Notes: generated by a model not told the origin, from the letters alone. Counted from the first letter of the stretch, positions 28,748 to 38,840 are shown. The stretch: 64,000 nt of DNA from an uncultured Chloroflexia bacterium (GCA_963728205.1 CAVSIV010000001.1:736001-800000); one strand, 5' to 3'. Program-made: numbers and translations.

Positions 28748-30480
28748 ATGACGACCGGGGGAGCACAGACGGCACAGCCGGCGGCGAACGGCGCCGGCAC
28801 GCCCGCGCAGATCGACGGCGCGACGATCCTCGCGCGCAGCCTGAAGCAGCAGGGCGTCGACTACATGTTCGGCGTGGTCGGGTTCCCGATCACCGCCTTC
28901 GCGTCCGCCGCGCAGAAGGCAGGCATCCGCTACATCGGCATGCGCAACGAGCAGGCCGCGTCGTACGCGGCGCAGGCCGCGGGCTACCTCACCGGGCGGC
29001 CGCAGGCGTGCGCCGTCGTGTCCGGCCCGGGCGTCGATGCACGGCCTGGCGGGCCTCGCGAACGCGCAGGCGAACTGCTGGCCGATGATCCTGATCGGCG
29101 GCGCGTCGGCCGTCTACCAGAACGGCATGGGCGCGTTCCAGGAGGAGCGGCAGGTGCTGCGCGGCCACGCCGTTCACGAAGTACGCGCACGCCGTCGAGC
29201 GCGCCGAGCGCATCCCGTTCTACGTCGAGCAGGCGGTCCGCACGTCGCTCTACGGCCGGCCCGGCGCCCGTCTATCTCGACCTGCCGGACGATGTCCTCT
29301 CGGAGCGAGGTCGACGAGAGCACCGTGACGCTGGGCGCGCACCGTGCCCGAGCCGCCGCGCGGTCAGCCGCGCCGGCGGAGAGCGTCGCGGCGGCGCTCG
29401 CGACGCTGAAGGCGGCGCAGAACCCGCTCGTGATCGTCGGCAAGGGCATGGCGTGGGCGCGCGCCGAGGACGAGGTGCGCGAGTTCATCGAGCGCACGCA
29501 GATCCCGTTCCTCGCGACGCCGATGGGCAAGGGCGTCATGCCGGACGATCACCCGCTGTCGGTGGCCGCCGCGCGCACGCTCGCGCTGCAGGGCGCCGAC
29601 GTCGATCATGCTGCTCGGCGCGCGCCTCAACTGGATCCTCCACTTCGGCATGCCGCCGCGCTATCGGCCCGACGTGCAAGATGATCCAGCTCGACATCGC
29701 GGCCGAGGAGATCGGCACGAACGTGCCGGCGGAGGTCGGGCTCGTCGGCGACGGGCAAGCGCCGTCATGGCGCAGCTCAACGCGGCGCTCGACGCCGAGC
29801 CGTGGCAGTACCCGGCCGAGACGCCGTGGCGCACGCAGCTCGCAGAGCAAGGCCGAGGAGAACGGCCGCGTGAGCGCGGCGATGATGGCCGACCGACTCG
29901 AAGCCGATGAACTACTACGTCGCGCTGCAAGCGACGTCCAGCGAATCGCTGCCGGCGGACGCCATCATCGTGAGCGAGGGCGCGAACACGATGGACATCG
30001 GCCGCACGATCCTGCTCAACCGCGAGCCGCGCACGCGCCTGGACGCCGGCAGCTACGGCACGATGGGCGTCGGGCTCGGCTTCGCCGTCGCCGCGTCGGT
30101 GGCGAACCCGGGCAAGCGCATCGTCGCGGTCGAGGGCGACGCGGCGTTCGGCTTCAGCGGCATGGAGCTGGAGACGATGTGCCGCTACCGGCTGCCGATC
30201 ACCGTCGTCGTCATCAACAACAACGGCATCGGCGGCGGCGTCTCTGAGCTGCGGCCGGACCGCGACCCGCCGCCGTCGGTGATGCTGCCGGGCGCGCGCT
30301 ACGAGAAGGTGATCGACGCGTTCGGCGGGCAGCGGCTACTACGTCGACGACCCGGCGGACCTGGAGGCGACGCTCCGGGCGGCGAACACGGGCGACGGCC
30401 CCGCGATCGTGAACATCGTGATCGCGCCGCGCGCGAACCGCAAGCCGCAGCAGTTCGACTGGCACACGGGCCGAACGTAG
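28748..30480 (+). pseudogene. TPP-dependent 2-hydroxyacyl-CoA lyase / oxalyl-CoA decarboxylase family gene with many frameshifts (probably assembly errors)
   Basis: [68 protein letters not shown] and RKPQQFDWH are scattered over all three frames. Confidence 0.85.
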
Positions 30481-30505
30481 CCGGCTGAGGCGCGAGCCGG
30501 GGGCG

Positions 30506-31948
30506 CTACGCCCCCGGTGCGCCGGGTGCGCCGGGTGCGCCGGGTGCGCCGGGTGTGCCGGGTGTGCCGGGTGTGCCGGGTGTGCCGGGTGTGCCGGGTG
30601 TGCCGGGTGTGCCGGGTGTGCCGGGTGTGCCGGGTGTGCCGGGTGTGCCGGGTGCGCCGCGTGCGCCGGGCGCGCCCAGCCGGGCCAGGACCTCGGCCGC
30701 CGCGCGGCGGCCCGACTCGATCGCGCCGTGGACCGTCGCGGGGCGCTCCAGGCTCGTCGCCTCGCCGGCGAACGCGAGCGCGCCGACCGGTGCGGCGAGC
30801 TGCGCGCGCAACTGCAGCCCGCCCGGTGGCAGCGACGAGTAGCCCATCCACGTGTGTGCCTCCGCGCCCCAGGCGATGAACCGCGAGTCGCGCAGCGCGC
30901 CCGCCACCGACCGGCCCAGGATCGCCTCCAGGTCGTGCACCGCCAGCTCGGCCGCCTCCGCGGGGGTCGCGTCCTCGACGCGCTTCGCGGCGGCGCCGCC
31001 GAAGAACGCGGTCAGCACCGGCTCCTCGTCCGCGCGGCCCTCGCCGGGGCGCCACCACAGCTGCGTCTCGAGCGGCGTCCAGAGGAACGTCAGGTCGGCA
31101 GGCCAGAAGACGCGGTCGAACTTCAGCACCACCTTCGCGATGTGGCCCGGGTTGAGCCGGCCAATCGCCGTGCGCTGCTCGAGCGACAGCGGCGGGTCGA
31201 AGTCCACCACACGGCGCTGCAACACCCCGAGCGGCAGCGTGACCACCACGCCGTCCACGCGGTGCGTCGCGCCCGCCGCCCTGACCTCCGCGCCGCGCTC
31301 GTCCCAGCGCACGCGGTCGACCACCGCGCCGAAGCGGATGTCGAGGCCGTTGGCCGCGCGCCGCAGCAGCGCGCCGTAGCCGTCGGCGAGGCGGAAGTGC
31401 CGCAGGTCGCCGTCGCCGGCGTAGGTCGCCTGCGTGCCGCGGTATGCCGCGAGCGATCCCGGGTCCGTCGACGTGCCCTGCGCGAGGTAGTGCTCGACGA
31501 GCGCGCGGTCCTCGGCCGACAGCGCGCCGCCGACGAGCTCGGGCCACGCGTCGATCACGGCGGCCATCGGCGCATCCGGGCGGCCGCGTCGGACCCAGGC
31601 CGCGGTCGCGCGACGGACCGCCGCGCGCAGGTCGCTGCCTGCCGCGGCCGCGAACTCGTCCTGGTGCATCAACCGCCCGTGGTAGTGCGTCCACTGCACC
31701 GAGCGGTGCGCGTCGTCGAGCGTCGCCGCGTCGAACGCGCGGATCCAATCCCACGTCGCGACGTACTGCCCGTGCACGAACTCCGCGCCGAGCTCGACCG
31801 GGTGGCGCGCGAAGTCGAGAGCGGTGAACACGCGGCCGCCGACGCGATCGCGCGCCTCGAGCATCACGACGTCGACGCCGCCCTCGCGCAGCGCCCTCGC
31901 CGCCGCGATGCCCGCCGCGCCGGCGCCGATAACCGCAACCGTCGGCAC
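30506..31948 (-). CDS. Flavin monoamine oxidase family FAD-dependent oxidoreductase with a collagen-like C-terminal tail
   Basis: [33 protein letters not shown]...TVHGAIESG. Confidence 0.9.
   Translation of the reverse strand: MPTVAVIGAGAAGIAAARALREGGVDVVMLEARDRVGGRVFTALDFARHPVELGAEFVHGQYVATWDWIRAFDAATLDDAHRSVQWTHYHGRLMHQDEFAAAAGSDLRAAVRRATAAWVRRGRPDAPMAAVIDAWPELVGGALSAEDRALVEHYLAQGTSTDPGSLAAYRGTQATYAGDGDLRHFRLADGYGALLRRAANGLDIRFGAVVDRVRWDERGAEVRAAGATHRVDGVVVTLPLGVLQRRVVDFDPPLSLEQRTAIGRLNPGHIAKVVLKFDRVFWPADLTFLWTPLETQLWWRPGEGRADEEPVLTAFFGGAAAKRVEDATPAEAAELAVHDLEAILGRSVAGALRDSRFIAWGAEAHTWMGYSSLPPGGLQLRAQLAAPVGALAFAGEATSLERPATVHGAIESGRRAAAEVLARLGAPGARGAPGTPGTPGTPGTPGTPGTPGTPGTPGTPGTPGTPGAPGAPGAPGAPGA
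30512..30676. repeat. 9-bp tandem repeat (GCCGGGTGY) x about 18
   Basis: 11 consecutive GCCGGGTGT units at 30548-30646, flanked by GCCGGGTGC variants. Confidence 0.92.
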
Positions 31949-32211
31949 GCGCGCCCTCCCTCTCCCCCGCGAGAGCCTAGCGCGCCCCCTCCCCACGGGG
32001 CCGATTCGCACCCTCGCGCCTCCACTGACGTGAGCGCGGGCATCGGGCCCCGTGCTCGACCCCGCTCGTTCCTTCCCGGGCGCATCGCGCCGACGATCGC
32101 CGGGAGTGCGGCGGACCGGCGGTTCTCACGCGGGTCTTCCCCCATCGGCGCGGGCCCGCGCGGGGTGAGCGCCTTGCGCGCGCCGACGATGATCCGGAGG
32201 AGGAGGCCGCG

Positions 32212-32574
32212 ATGTTCGCTCTTCCGCTGCGCCTGCGCGTGAGCCTGCGGCAGGTCGCGCCCGTGAGCGCCGTGCTGTTCGTGCTCGGGTTCTCCGGGCT
32301 GGCCGCGCGCGGCACCGTCGTTGCCGGGACCTTCTCCGCAGGGGTGACGGCGGTGATCGTTGCCGGCGCCGTGCTGTTCGCCGCCGCGCTGCTGGCCGTG
32401 ACGGCAGCGTTCGCCGCAGTGGAGACGCTGTCCGGCCGCGCGTGGGCGCTCGGCTTCCGCCGCCTCGCGCCGGGCGAGGCCGGCTGGCGCGGCATCGCCC
32501 ACCGCGCGTTGCGTTACGCGACGTTCCTCTGGCTCTGCAACGGCGCCGCGTTCATCGTCGCGGGCTTCCGCTAG
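32212..32574 (+). CDS. Hypothetical membrane protein
   Basis: GGAGGAGGAGG RBS, three hydrophobic segments. Confidence 0.6.
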   Translation: MFALPLRLRVSLRQVAPVSAVLFVLGFSGLAARGTVVAGTFSAGVTAVIVAGAVLFAAALLAVTAAFAAVETLSGRAWALGFRRLAPGEAGWRGIAHRALRYATFLWLCNGAAFIVAGFR

Positions 32575-32644
32575 CCTCGGCCGCCGGCGGCGTTGCGGCC
32601 CGGCGGCCGAACGCCGCGGAGTGCGACGGCGTCGCGGCGCCCCC

Positions 32645-33859
32645 CTACTGGTAGATCACCAGGTCCGGCGGCGGTTGCAGCGCCTCGATCTGCGACGGCG
32701 GCATCAGCGGCGTGTCCCAGTCGACGAAGAGCTTGATGCCCGCCCGCTCCGCGTAGCTCGCGAGCGAGAACGTCGCGTACTTCGTCAGCTTCGCGTACTC
32801 CCCGCCGAACCCGTCCATGTCGATCACCACGTCCACGCCCGCGTAGTCCGCGAAGGCCGTCGGTGTCGGTTGGATCATGCTCGTCAGGAACTGGTGCACG
32901 ACGAGCAGCTTCGGCGGCAGGTCGTGTGCCGTCACGAGGCCGTCGAGGTACGCCTGCACCGCGTTCACGGTCGCCGGGTCGATGCTCCCGATCACCTGCC
33001 CGGGCGCCTCACCGCGCGCCTTCGTCATGTACTCCGGGTCGAGCGCGAGGTGCACGAACGGCAGCGCGAGGAACGGCTCGAGACGCTGCACCTCCGTCAT
33101 CGGATCGGCCCAGCCGAGTTGCAGGTCGAGGATGACCAGCATGCCGTGCGCTTTCGCGACGTCGACGTACTGCTGGATGGTGGCGGTCGGCAGGCGGCTG
33201 GCGTAGAGGCCGTCGGCGCCGGGGTCGGCCTGGCCCACGACCGCGATCGGCTCGAACGCGGCGACGACGCCGCGGGCGCCGTTCAGCGCGTCGTACTGCG
33301 CGGCGCGGCGCTGCGCCTCCGCGGCGGCGTCCTCGGCGCTGTACGCGCCGAGCAGGCCCTGCGCCGGGTGACCGGGGTAGCCGTAGAGCGCGACCACCTG
33401 GTTGTCGGCGAGCACCGACTGTGCGGGCGGGGGCGGCGGCGGCGCGCCGCACGTCACGTAGAGCGCCGAGCGCGGCAGCGGCCCTGGGACCGCCGCCGTC
33501 CACCCGGCGTTCGCGAATGCCGGCGCGCCGACCACGTAGGTGACCGCGCCGCCGGGCGCGCCGAAGTACCACACGGAGATCGGGGGACAGCCGCGCGTGG
33601 TGGCCGCGGCGACGAGGTCCCCGACGTCGCCGCCGCCCCAGATCACGACCCGCCCGTCGCCGTTGACGGCGGTCCAGCCGTCAATCGTGCCGGTGGCCGT
33701 CGCCCCGGCGGCGCGGGCGGGCGCGGGCGCGCCGAGCGCCGGAATGAGCGTCAGCGTCAGCGCGAGCAGCACCGCCACCGCCGCCCGGCGATGTCGGGGA
33801 AACCCGGCGTCGCCGCGCGCGGCGAAAGGGCGGCGCGCACCGCCCGAGAGCACAGCCAT
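32645..33859 (-). CDS. Secreted protein: small Cys-pair N-domain, poly-Pro linker and conserved uncharacterised alpha/beta domain
   Basis: Signal peptide ending APARA; VALYG, LDLQ.G, HLALDPEY, LVVHQF, MDGFG and GIKLF motifs. Confidence 0.75.
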   Translation of the reverse strand: MAVLSGGARRPFAARGDAGFPRHRRAAVAVLLALTLTLIPALGAPAPARAAGATATGTIDGWTAVNGDGRVVIWGGGDVGDLVAAATTRGCPPISVWYFGAPGGAVTYVVGAPAFANAGWTAAVPGPLPRSALYVTCGAPPPPPPAQSVLADNQVVALYGYPGHPAQGLLGAYSAEDAAAEAQRRAAQYDALNGARGVVAAFEPIAVVGQADPGADGLYASRLPTATIQQYVDVAKAHGMLVILDLQLGWADPMTEVQRLEPFLALPFVHLALDPEYMTKARGEAPGQVIGSIDPATVNAVQAYLDGLVTAHDLPPKLLVVHQFLTSMIQPTPTAFADYAGVDVVIDMDGFGGEYAKLTKYATFSLASYAERAGIKLFVDWDTPLMPPSQIEALQPPPDLVIYQ

Positions 33860-33984
33860 CACGGGGTTCCGATCTTCCGCGCCGCCGCGCGAGGAGCGTG
33901 TCGCGCCGACCCAGCGCGAGCGCCGTCCAGCGTGCCGGGAGCCGCCGCTAGGCTCCACCGCGGTGCGGGAGCGGTCGATCGAGC

Positions 33985-35082
33985 TTAATCGAGCAATGCA
34001 AAGCCCGGCGCACCGTCGCGGCAGAGCTCGTACGTGATTGGGTCGTGCGTCTCGAAGAGGCCGTAGGTCGTCTCTCCGTCGCACGTCACCTCGCAGTGGT
34101 GGTTCGCGCCGCCGGCGAGCCGCCGCTGCACGTCGGGCTGCGTCACGTCGTAGGTCTCGCCGGTCACGACGTCGTCGCCGACGTACTGGCCGTGCCAGAC
34201 GTCGCCGTCGGGCGTCCCGCCCTCGCGCCCGCCGTACATGCCGCAGCGCAGGAACGCGATCTGCGAGCCGAGCCGGCGGTAGTGCAGCTCCTTCACCGCG
34301 CCGCCCTCGAGCGTGTTGCGCACGACGCCGCCGACGAAGAGGCGCGTCTCCGGGTCGAACCGCAGCCGCCTGTCCTGGTGGATGATGCGGCCGGTGCCGG
34401 GCCGCGCGTCGCCCAGCGGATAGAGCACGCGGTGCAGCCACACCGACCAGTCGCCGAACTCCACCCACTGGCCGGCGGTCGCGGTGCTCGTGCTCGCCGC
34501 GCGCAGCGCGTGGCCGCGCCCGCCGACGCCGTCCCGCACGCCCCAGTGGTGGTCGCGCAATCCGTTGTAGGCGTCGCGCGTCAGCTCGAAACGCTCGCCG
34601 CGCACGACGACGGTGCCCTCCATCGTCCCGAACGACTCGTAGCCGCCGAGGAAGGCCGGCTGCCGCACGGCACGTTTCGTGTCGAACCAGCGGATGTCGT
34701 ACTCGACGCGCTGGTCGTTCGCGCCGAGCGTGAGCCGCCACTCGCGGAAGGGCGCGACGAGCTCGAAGTTGAGCGGGCCGGCGCGCATGTCGAGGCGGTT
34801 GGGGGTGAGCCGGCGGTGCGCGCGCACGGTCGTGTGCCGGCCGCGCAGGTTGACAATCGCGAAGGCCTCGGCGGTGCCCAGGTTCGGGTAGAGAGCGAAG
34901 CCGGCGACGACGAGCAGATCGCCGGTGCGGTCCTGCGCGGTGAACCAGTAGCGCTCGTAGGCACGCGGGTCGCTCGTCGCCTCCATCAGCATGTCCTGCG
35001 GCGCCCACTCGTGGACGGGCATCTCGGTGAGCGCCCACATCGGCGCGTGCTCGGAGCTGACCTCGACGTCGAGCTGGTGCAT
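33985..35082 (-). CDS. Conserved hypothetical protein, Rv3169-like
   Basis: SDPRAYERYWF..DRTG, YPNLG...AF and RDHHWGVR resemble mycobacterial Rv3169 as recalled; GGAGG RBS. Confidence 0.7.
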   Translation of the reverse strand: MHQLDVEVSSEHAPMWALTEMPVHEWAPQDMLMEATSDPRAYERYWFTAQDRTGDLLVVAGFALYPNLGTAEAFAIVNLRGRHTTVRAHRRLTPNRLDMRAGPLNFELVAPFREWRLTLGANDQRVEYDIRWFDTKRAVRQPAFLGGYESFGTMEGTVVVRGERFELTRDAYNGLRDHHWGVRDGVGGRGHALRAASTSTATAGQWVEFGDWSVWLHRVLYPLGDARPGTGRIIHQDRRLRFDPETRLFVGGVVRNTLEGGAVKELHYRRLGSQIAFLRCGMYGGREGGTPDGDVWHGQYVGDDVVTGETYDVTQPDVQRRLAGGANHHCEVTCDGETTYGLFETHDPITYELCRDGAPGFALLD

Positions 35083-35112
35083 GCGAGCCTCCGGTCCGGC
35101 GGTGCGGGCGCG

Positions 35113-35150
35113 AGTCTAGGCACGTGATGGACGCGCGACAACGCTAGACT
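35113..35150. promoter_or_regulatory. Back-to-back putative -10 elements (TAGACT on both strands)
   Basis: AGTCTA at 35113-35118 and TAGACT at 35145-35150, between divergent genes. Confidence 0.4.
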
Positions 35151-35159
35151 GCGCCGAGC

Positions 35160-35355
35160 GGTTCGAGCGGCGGCGCGGAGGTGGTTCGAGCGGCGGTGCG
35201 GAGGTGGTTCGAGCGGCGGCGCGGAGGTGGTTCGAGCGGCGGCGCGGAGGTGGTTCGAGCGGCGGTGCGGAGGTCGTTCGAGCGGCGGCGCGGAGGTGGT
35301 TCGAGCGGCGGTGCGGAGGTCGTTCGAGCGGCGGCGCGGAGGTGGTTCGAGCGGC
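35160..35355 (+). repeat. 23-bp tandem repeat, 8 full copies plus 1 partial
   Basis: (G/C)GTTCGAGCGGCGG(C/T)GCGGAGGT head-to-tail, no spacers. Confidence 0.95.
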
Positions 35356-35447
35356 AGCCGGGAGGGTGCCGATCAGGCGGTCGCGCGGGGCGATCCCGTC
35401 GCTCCCGCTCCGGGCTCGAAGCGAGCGGCGGCGGAACGGACGAGCAC

Positions 35448-36482
35448 GTGACAGTCGAGCCCGAAGCCGTCGTCCGCTACCTGCGCCATTCGATGCCGGC
35501 CGCCGAGGACGTCGCCGTCGACGGGCTGCGGCGGATCGTCGGCGGGGCATCGCGCCAGACCTGGTCCTTCGACGCCACCTGGCGCGAGGGCGGCGTGGCG
35601 CGGCGACGCGGGCTGATCGTGCGGCTCGACCCCGGCGCGTCGCTGCTCGAGACCGACCGCGCGCTCGAGTTCGCCGTCTATCGTGGTCTTGCCGGCGCCG
35701 ATGTCCCGGTGCCGGACGCGCTCTGGCTCGAGCCGTCGGGCGATTGGCTGGGAGCCCCGTTCTTCGTGCTTGAACGCATCGACGGCTGCGAGACCAGCCC
35801 CCAGCGCATGTTCGCGCCGCCGTATGCGGGCGGTCTGCCGCGCCTCGGCCGGCGCCTGTTCGAGATCGGCGGGCGCATCTCCGCCGTCGACTGGGACGCC
35901 GCCGGGTGGCGGTTCCTCGAGGCGCCCGCGCCGGGCGACTGCTGGCGCCGCGAGCTCGCCCACTGGGCCGGCGTGATCGAGCGGTACCGCGCCGACACGC
36001 AGCCGATCGCGCGTGCGGCCGCGGACTGGCTGCGTCGACACCCGCCGCCGCCCGCGCAGCGCATCGCGGTCGTGCACGGCGATTACCGCACCGGTAACGT
36101 GCTCTTCGACGAGGCCGGCGAGATCCATGGCGTCCTCGACTGGGAGATGTGCCACCTCGGCGACCCGCTCGAGGACCTCGCGTGGACGTGCATGCCGAAC
36201 TGGCGCTGGGGGCGACTCGACCGTGCCGGCGGGGCGATCGACTTCGACACGGCCTTCCGCACGTGGGAGCAGGCGAGCGGGCTGCGCCGCGACCCGGAGG
36301 CCTTCCGCTGGTGGTCGATCTTCGCGCACGTGAAGGCCCAGGGGATCTGGGTGACGGGCGCGCGCAACGTCGCAGACGGGCGGACGAACGAGGTGCAGCT
36401 CGCGGCGATCGCGACGCGGCTGCTGCCCGCCGAGGATCGCGGGCTCGTGAGCCTGCTCGGCTGGGACGGAGACGCCGCATGA
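35448..36482 (+). CDS. Phosphotransferase family protein (APH-like / ACAD10-type kinase)
   Basis: GGASRQTW, HGDYRTGN, LDWEM.H.GDP.EDL. Confidence 0.9.
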   Translation: MTVEPEAVVRYLRHSMPAAEDVAVDGLRRIVGGASRQTWSFDATWREGGVARRRGLIVRLDPGASLLETDRALEFAVYRGLAGADVPVPDALWLEPSGDWLGAPFFVLERIDGCETSPQRMFAPPYAGGLPRLGRRLFEIGGRISAVDWDAAGWRFLEAPAPGDCWRRELAHWAGVIERYRADTQPIARAAADWLRRHPPPPAQRIAVVHGDYRTGNVLFDEAGEIHGVLDWEMCHLGDPLEDLAWTCMPNWRWGRLDRAGGAIDFDTAFRTWEQASGLRRDPEAFRWWSIFAHVKAQGIWVTGARNVADGRTNEVQLAAIATRLLPAEDRGLVSLLGWDGDAA

Positions 36483-36943
36483 CGCTCATCGACCACCCCA
36501 CCCCGTCCGAGATGCTCGAGCTCACGGCGCGCGCGCTGACCGAGACCGTCGGCCCGGAGCTGGCCACGGACTACGCGCGCTCGCAGCTCGGCGCGGCGGT
36601 GGGGCTGCTGCGTTACCTGGCCGACCACGTCGACGGCGCGGCGCAGGAGCTGCTCGACGCGACCGCGGAGCTCGCCGGCGCGCTCGAGGTCGCGGCGCCG
36701 GCGCTGACGCGCGCCGGCCACGGCTGGCTCGCCGAGCGGATCGCGGCGCTCGCGGCCGAGAGCGCGCCGGACGTGCGGCTCTCGACGCTGCTGCGCCGCT
36801 CCGACGCCCTGCAGTCCGCGCTGCTCGACGTGCTGCTCGTGGTCGAGCCGGCCGTCGAGGCCGGCGACGCGAGGCTCGCCGGCGCGCGGGACGCCGCGCG
36901 AGCGGCGCTCGTCGCCGCGAACGCGCGCCGACTGCGCCCCTGA
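36479..36943 (+). CDS. Hypothetical helical protein (DUF6285-like partner of phosphotransferases)
   Basis: ATGA overlap with the kinase gene; DHPTPSEML N-terminus. Confidence 0.65.
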   Translation: MTLIDHPTPSEMLELTARALTETVGPELATDYARSQLGAAVGLLRYLADHVDGAAQELLDATAELAGALEVAAPALTRAGHGWLAERIAALAAESAPDVRLSTLLRRSDALQSALLDVLLVVEPAVEAGDARLAGARDAARAALVAANARRLRP

Positions 36944-36958
36944 GCGCCGCGGGGCGCG

Positions 36959-37970
36959 CTACTGCGTGATCCGGATCGCGTGCGTGCCGTCGGTCGCCCG
37001 GTACGGACCCCACTCGCCGCCGCGCACCACGGTCTCGATGTAGCGCCCCGTCACCGCCGCGCCGCTCCCGCAGCCGTCGATGAAGAACAGCCCGAACCCC
37101 TGCACGACCGCCTCGCCTCCGCCGGGGAACGTGACGAGCGGCAGGATCCCGAGACGCGGGCTCGACCAGTCGAGAATGCGGGCGCCGGTGGCGTCCTCCT
37201 CGACGACGTCGTCGAAGGTCTGCGCGTTGCCGTCGAGCCGGCCCCCCAATCCCGTGCAGCCGAGCCCCTGCTGCGTCGGTCCGGCCATGTTGCCGGAGGC
37301 GATGTTGATGTGCTCGCCGACGCGCACCGTCGTGAGCGACCCCCCGTCGACGCGATCGCGGTATTCGTTCGCGCTGTCGCTCCCCGTGTTGTCGATGTCG
37401 AGCGCGTGGAAGTTGCCGTTCTGGGGGCTGTTGCAGGCGCCCTCGTCGGCGCTGCCCGATGTCAGCTTGAGGCAGTACGTGTCGCCGAAGACCAGCCCGC
37501 CCGCCGGCTGCTCCACGCCGAACGGCAGCACCCCGGCCATGCCCGACAGGCTGCCGAGCTGCACCGCGGCGGTGGCGTGCACCGTTCCGCTCGACGATCC
37601 CGACCACGCGAGCGAAGGCGAAGTCGACGGCGCGCTGCGCGTTGACCACCACGGTGTCGCTCGCGACCGCGGTCGAGAGGATGGACACGCCGACGTCGCC
37701 CGCCGCGACGTCGTTCTCGCCGGCGACGGTGATGGCGGCGGACTGCGCGGCGACGAGGTGGGCGGAGTCGGTCGCCGGCAGGTAACGAGCGGCGGCCAGG
37801 GCGGCGGCGTCGACGGCGTTTTGCAGCTGACGGCGCGCGACGAAGTAGCGACCGGTGTCGAGCGTCAGCGACGTCATGCCGATGAGCGCCGTGAGCGCGA
37901 CGGCGGTGAGCACGAGCACACTCCCGCGCTCGTCGCCGGCTCGACGCCACGGCCGCAGCATGCTTCGCAT
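36959..37970 (-). CDS. tadG: TadG-like Flp pilus assembly protein (single frameshift near 37595)
   Basis: DERGSVLV pseudopilin cleavage site, LTLDTG, LQNAVDAAALAAA; C-terminal half is ORF 36959..37582. Confidence 0.8.
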
Positions 37971-37993
37971 CAGCGCACCTCCACGGAGTGCGG

Positions 37994-38740
37994 TCACGGG
38001 ATTGCGTTCGCCGTCGGGAGCGGCTCGGGGGCCGTCGTGTCGGAGGTTCCGGGCGGTGCGAGCTGCACCCAGCTCACGACGTGTCCCGCCTGCACGAGCA
38101 CCCACCCGTCGCAGCGACCGAGGCCGCGCGCGAGGATCTCGATGGACGCAGCGTCGACGCCCGTCGCGATCGGCGGGGCGGACGCGTCGCAGAGGAGGCG
38201 GAGGTCGAGGCTCGCGGGCAGGACCGGCGGCGCGGGCTCGGCGATCGCTGCCGCCGCGGGCGCGGTGGGCGGCTCGGTCGCCGCCGCACGCGTCCGGGCC
38301 GGGTCGGCGGGGGCAACGGCGACGCCCCGCGCGTCTCGCGACGGCGGCAGCGCCGTACGCCAGGCCGCGGCGACGGCGAGCAGCCCGAGCGCGAGCAGCG
38401 AGGCGAGCACGGCGACGCGCAGCGGCGAGCGGCGCCGCGGTCCGGGGCGGCGGCGCCGGAGCGAGCGCGCGGCCGTCACGAGCGCGACCGCCGCGCTCGC
38501 CGCCCGGCGCAGCGCGCGGCGCCACCGAGCGGGCGACCACGGTGGCGCGCGGCGCGGCGGGGGCGGCGCGACGACGTAGGTGAGCGCGGCGGCGGCGGGC
38601 GTCGCGCCGAGCCAGCGGCGGCGGAGCGACTCCGCCGCCAGCTCCTCCACGGGGGCCGGCACGGGCATGCCCGGCGGCAGGTCGGGCGTGACCGCTGGTT
38701 CAGGGATGCCCGCGCGGGGCGGGCCGGCTGTTGCCTGCAC
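37994..38740 (-). CDS. Hypothetical membrane protein with a C-terminal SH3-like segment
   Basis: One TM helix, Pro/Ala linker, ILARG..CDGWVLV...VSWV; start uncertain. Confidence 0.5.
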   Translation of the reverse strand: MQATAGPPRAGIPEPAVTPDLPPGMPVPAPVEELAAESLRRRWLGATPAAAALTYVVAPPPPRRAPPWSPARWRRALRRAASAAVALVTAARSLRRRRPGPRRRSPLRVAVLASLLALGLLAVAAAWRTALPPSRDARGVAVAPADPARTRAAATEPPTAPAAAAIAEPAPPVLPASLDLRLLCDASAPPIATGVDAASIEILARGLGRCDGWVLVQAGHVVSWVQLAPPGTSDTTAPEPLPTANAIP

Positions 38741-38750
38741 GTCGTGCTCA

Positions 38751-38840
38751 CTTCGGCGGATCGGCGGCCGTGCCCGCGGGTGCGGGGGTAGGCCCGTATC
38801 TTTGCGTCCCCGCCTTTCGACGGGTTTGCCGTTGTCGGTG
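38751..38840 (-). ncRNA. c-di-GMP-I (GEMM) riboswitch, internal to the tad locus
   Basis: Minus strand reads GGCAAACCCGTC-GAAA-GGCGGGGACGCAAAG...GGGCCTA...GGCCGCC...GCCGAAG; GNRA loop and G20/A47/C92 equivalents present. Confidence 0.92.

Noticed and set aside
35160-35355. Possible CRISPR array or tRNA fragments (GGTTCGA)
   Set aside because: Units are head-to-tail with no unique spacers, there are no cas genes in the window, and no cloverleaf can be formed
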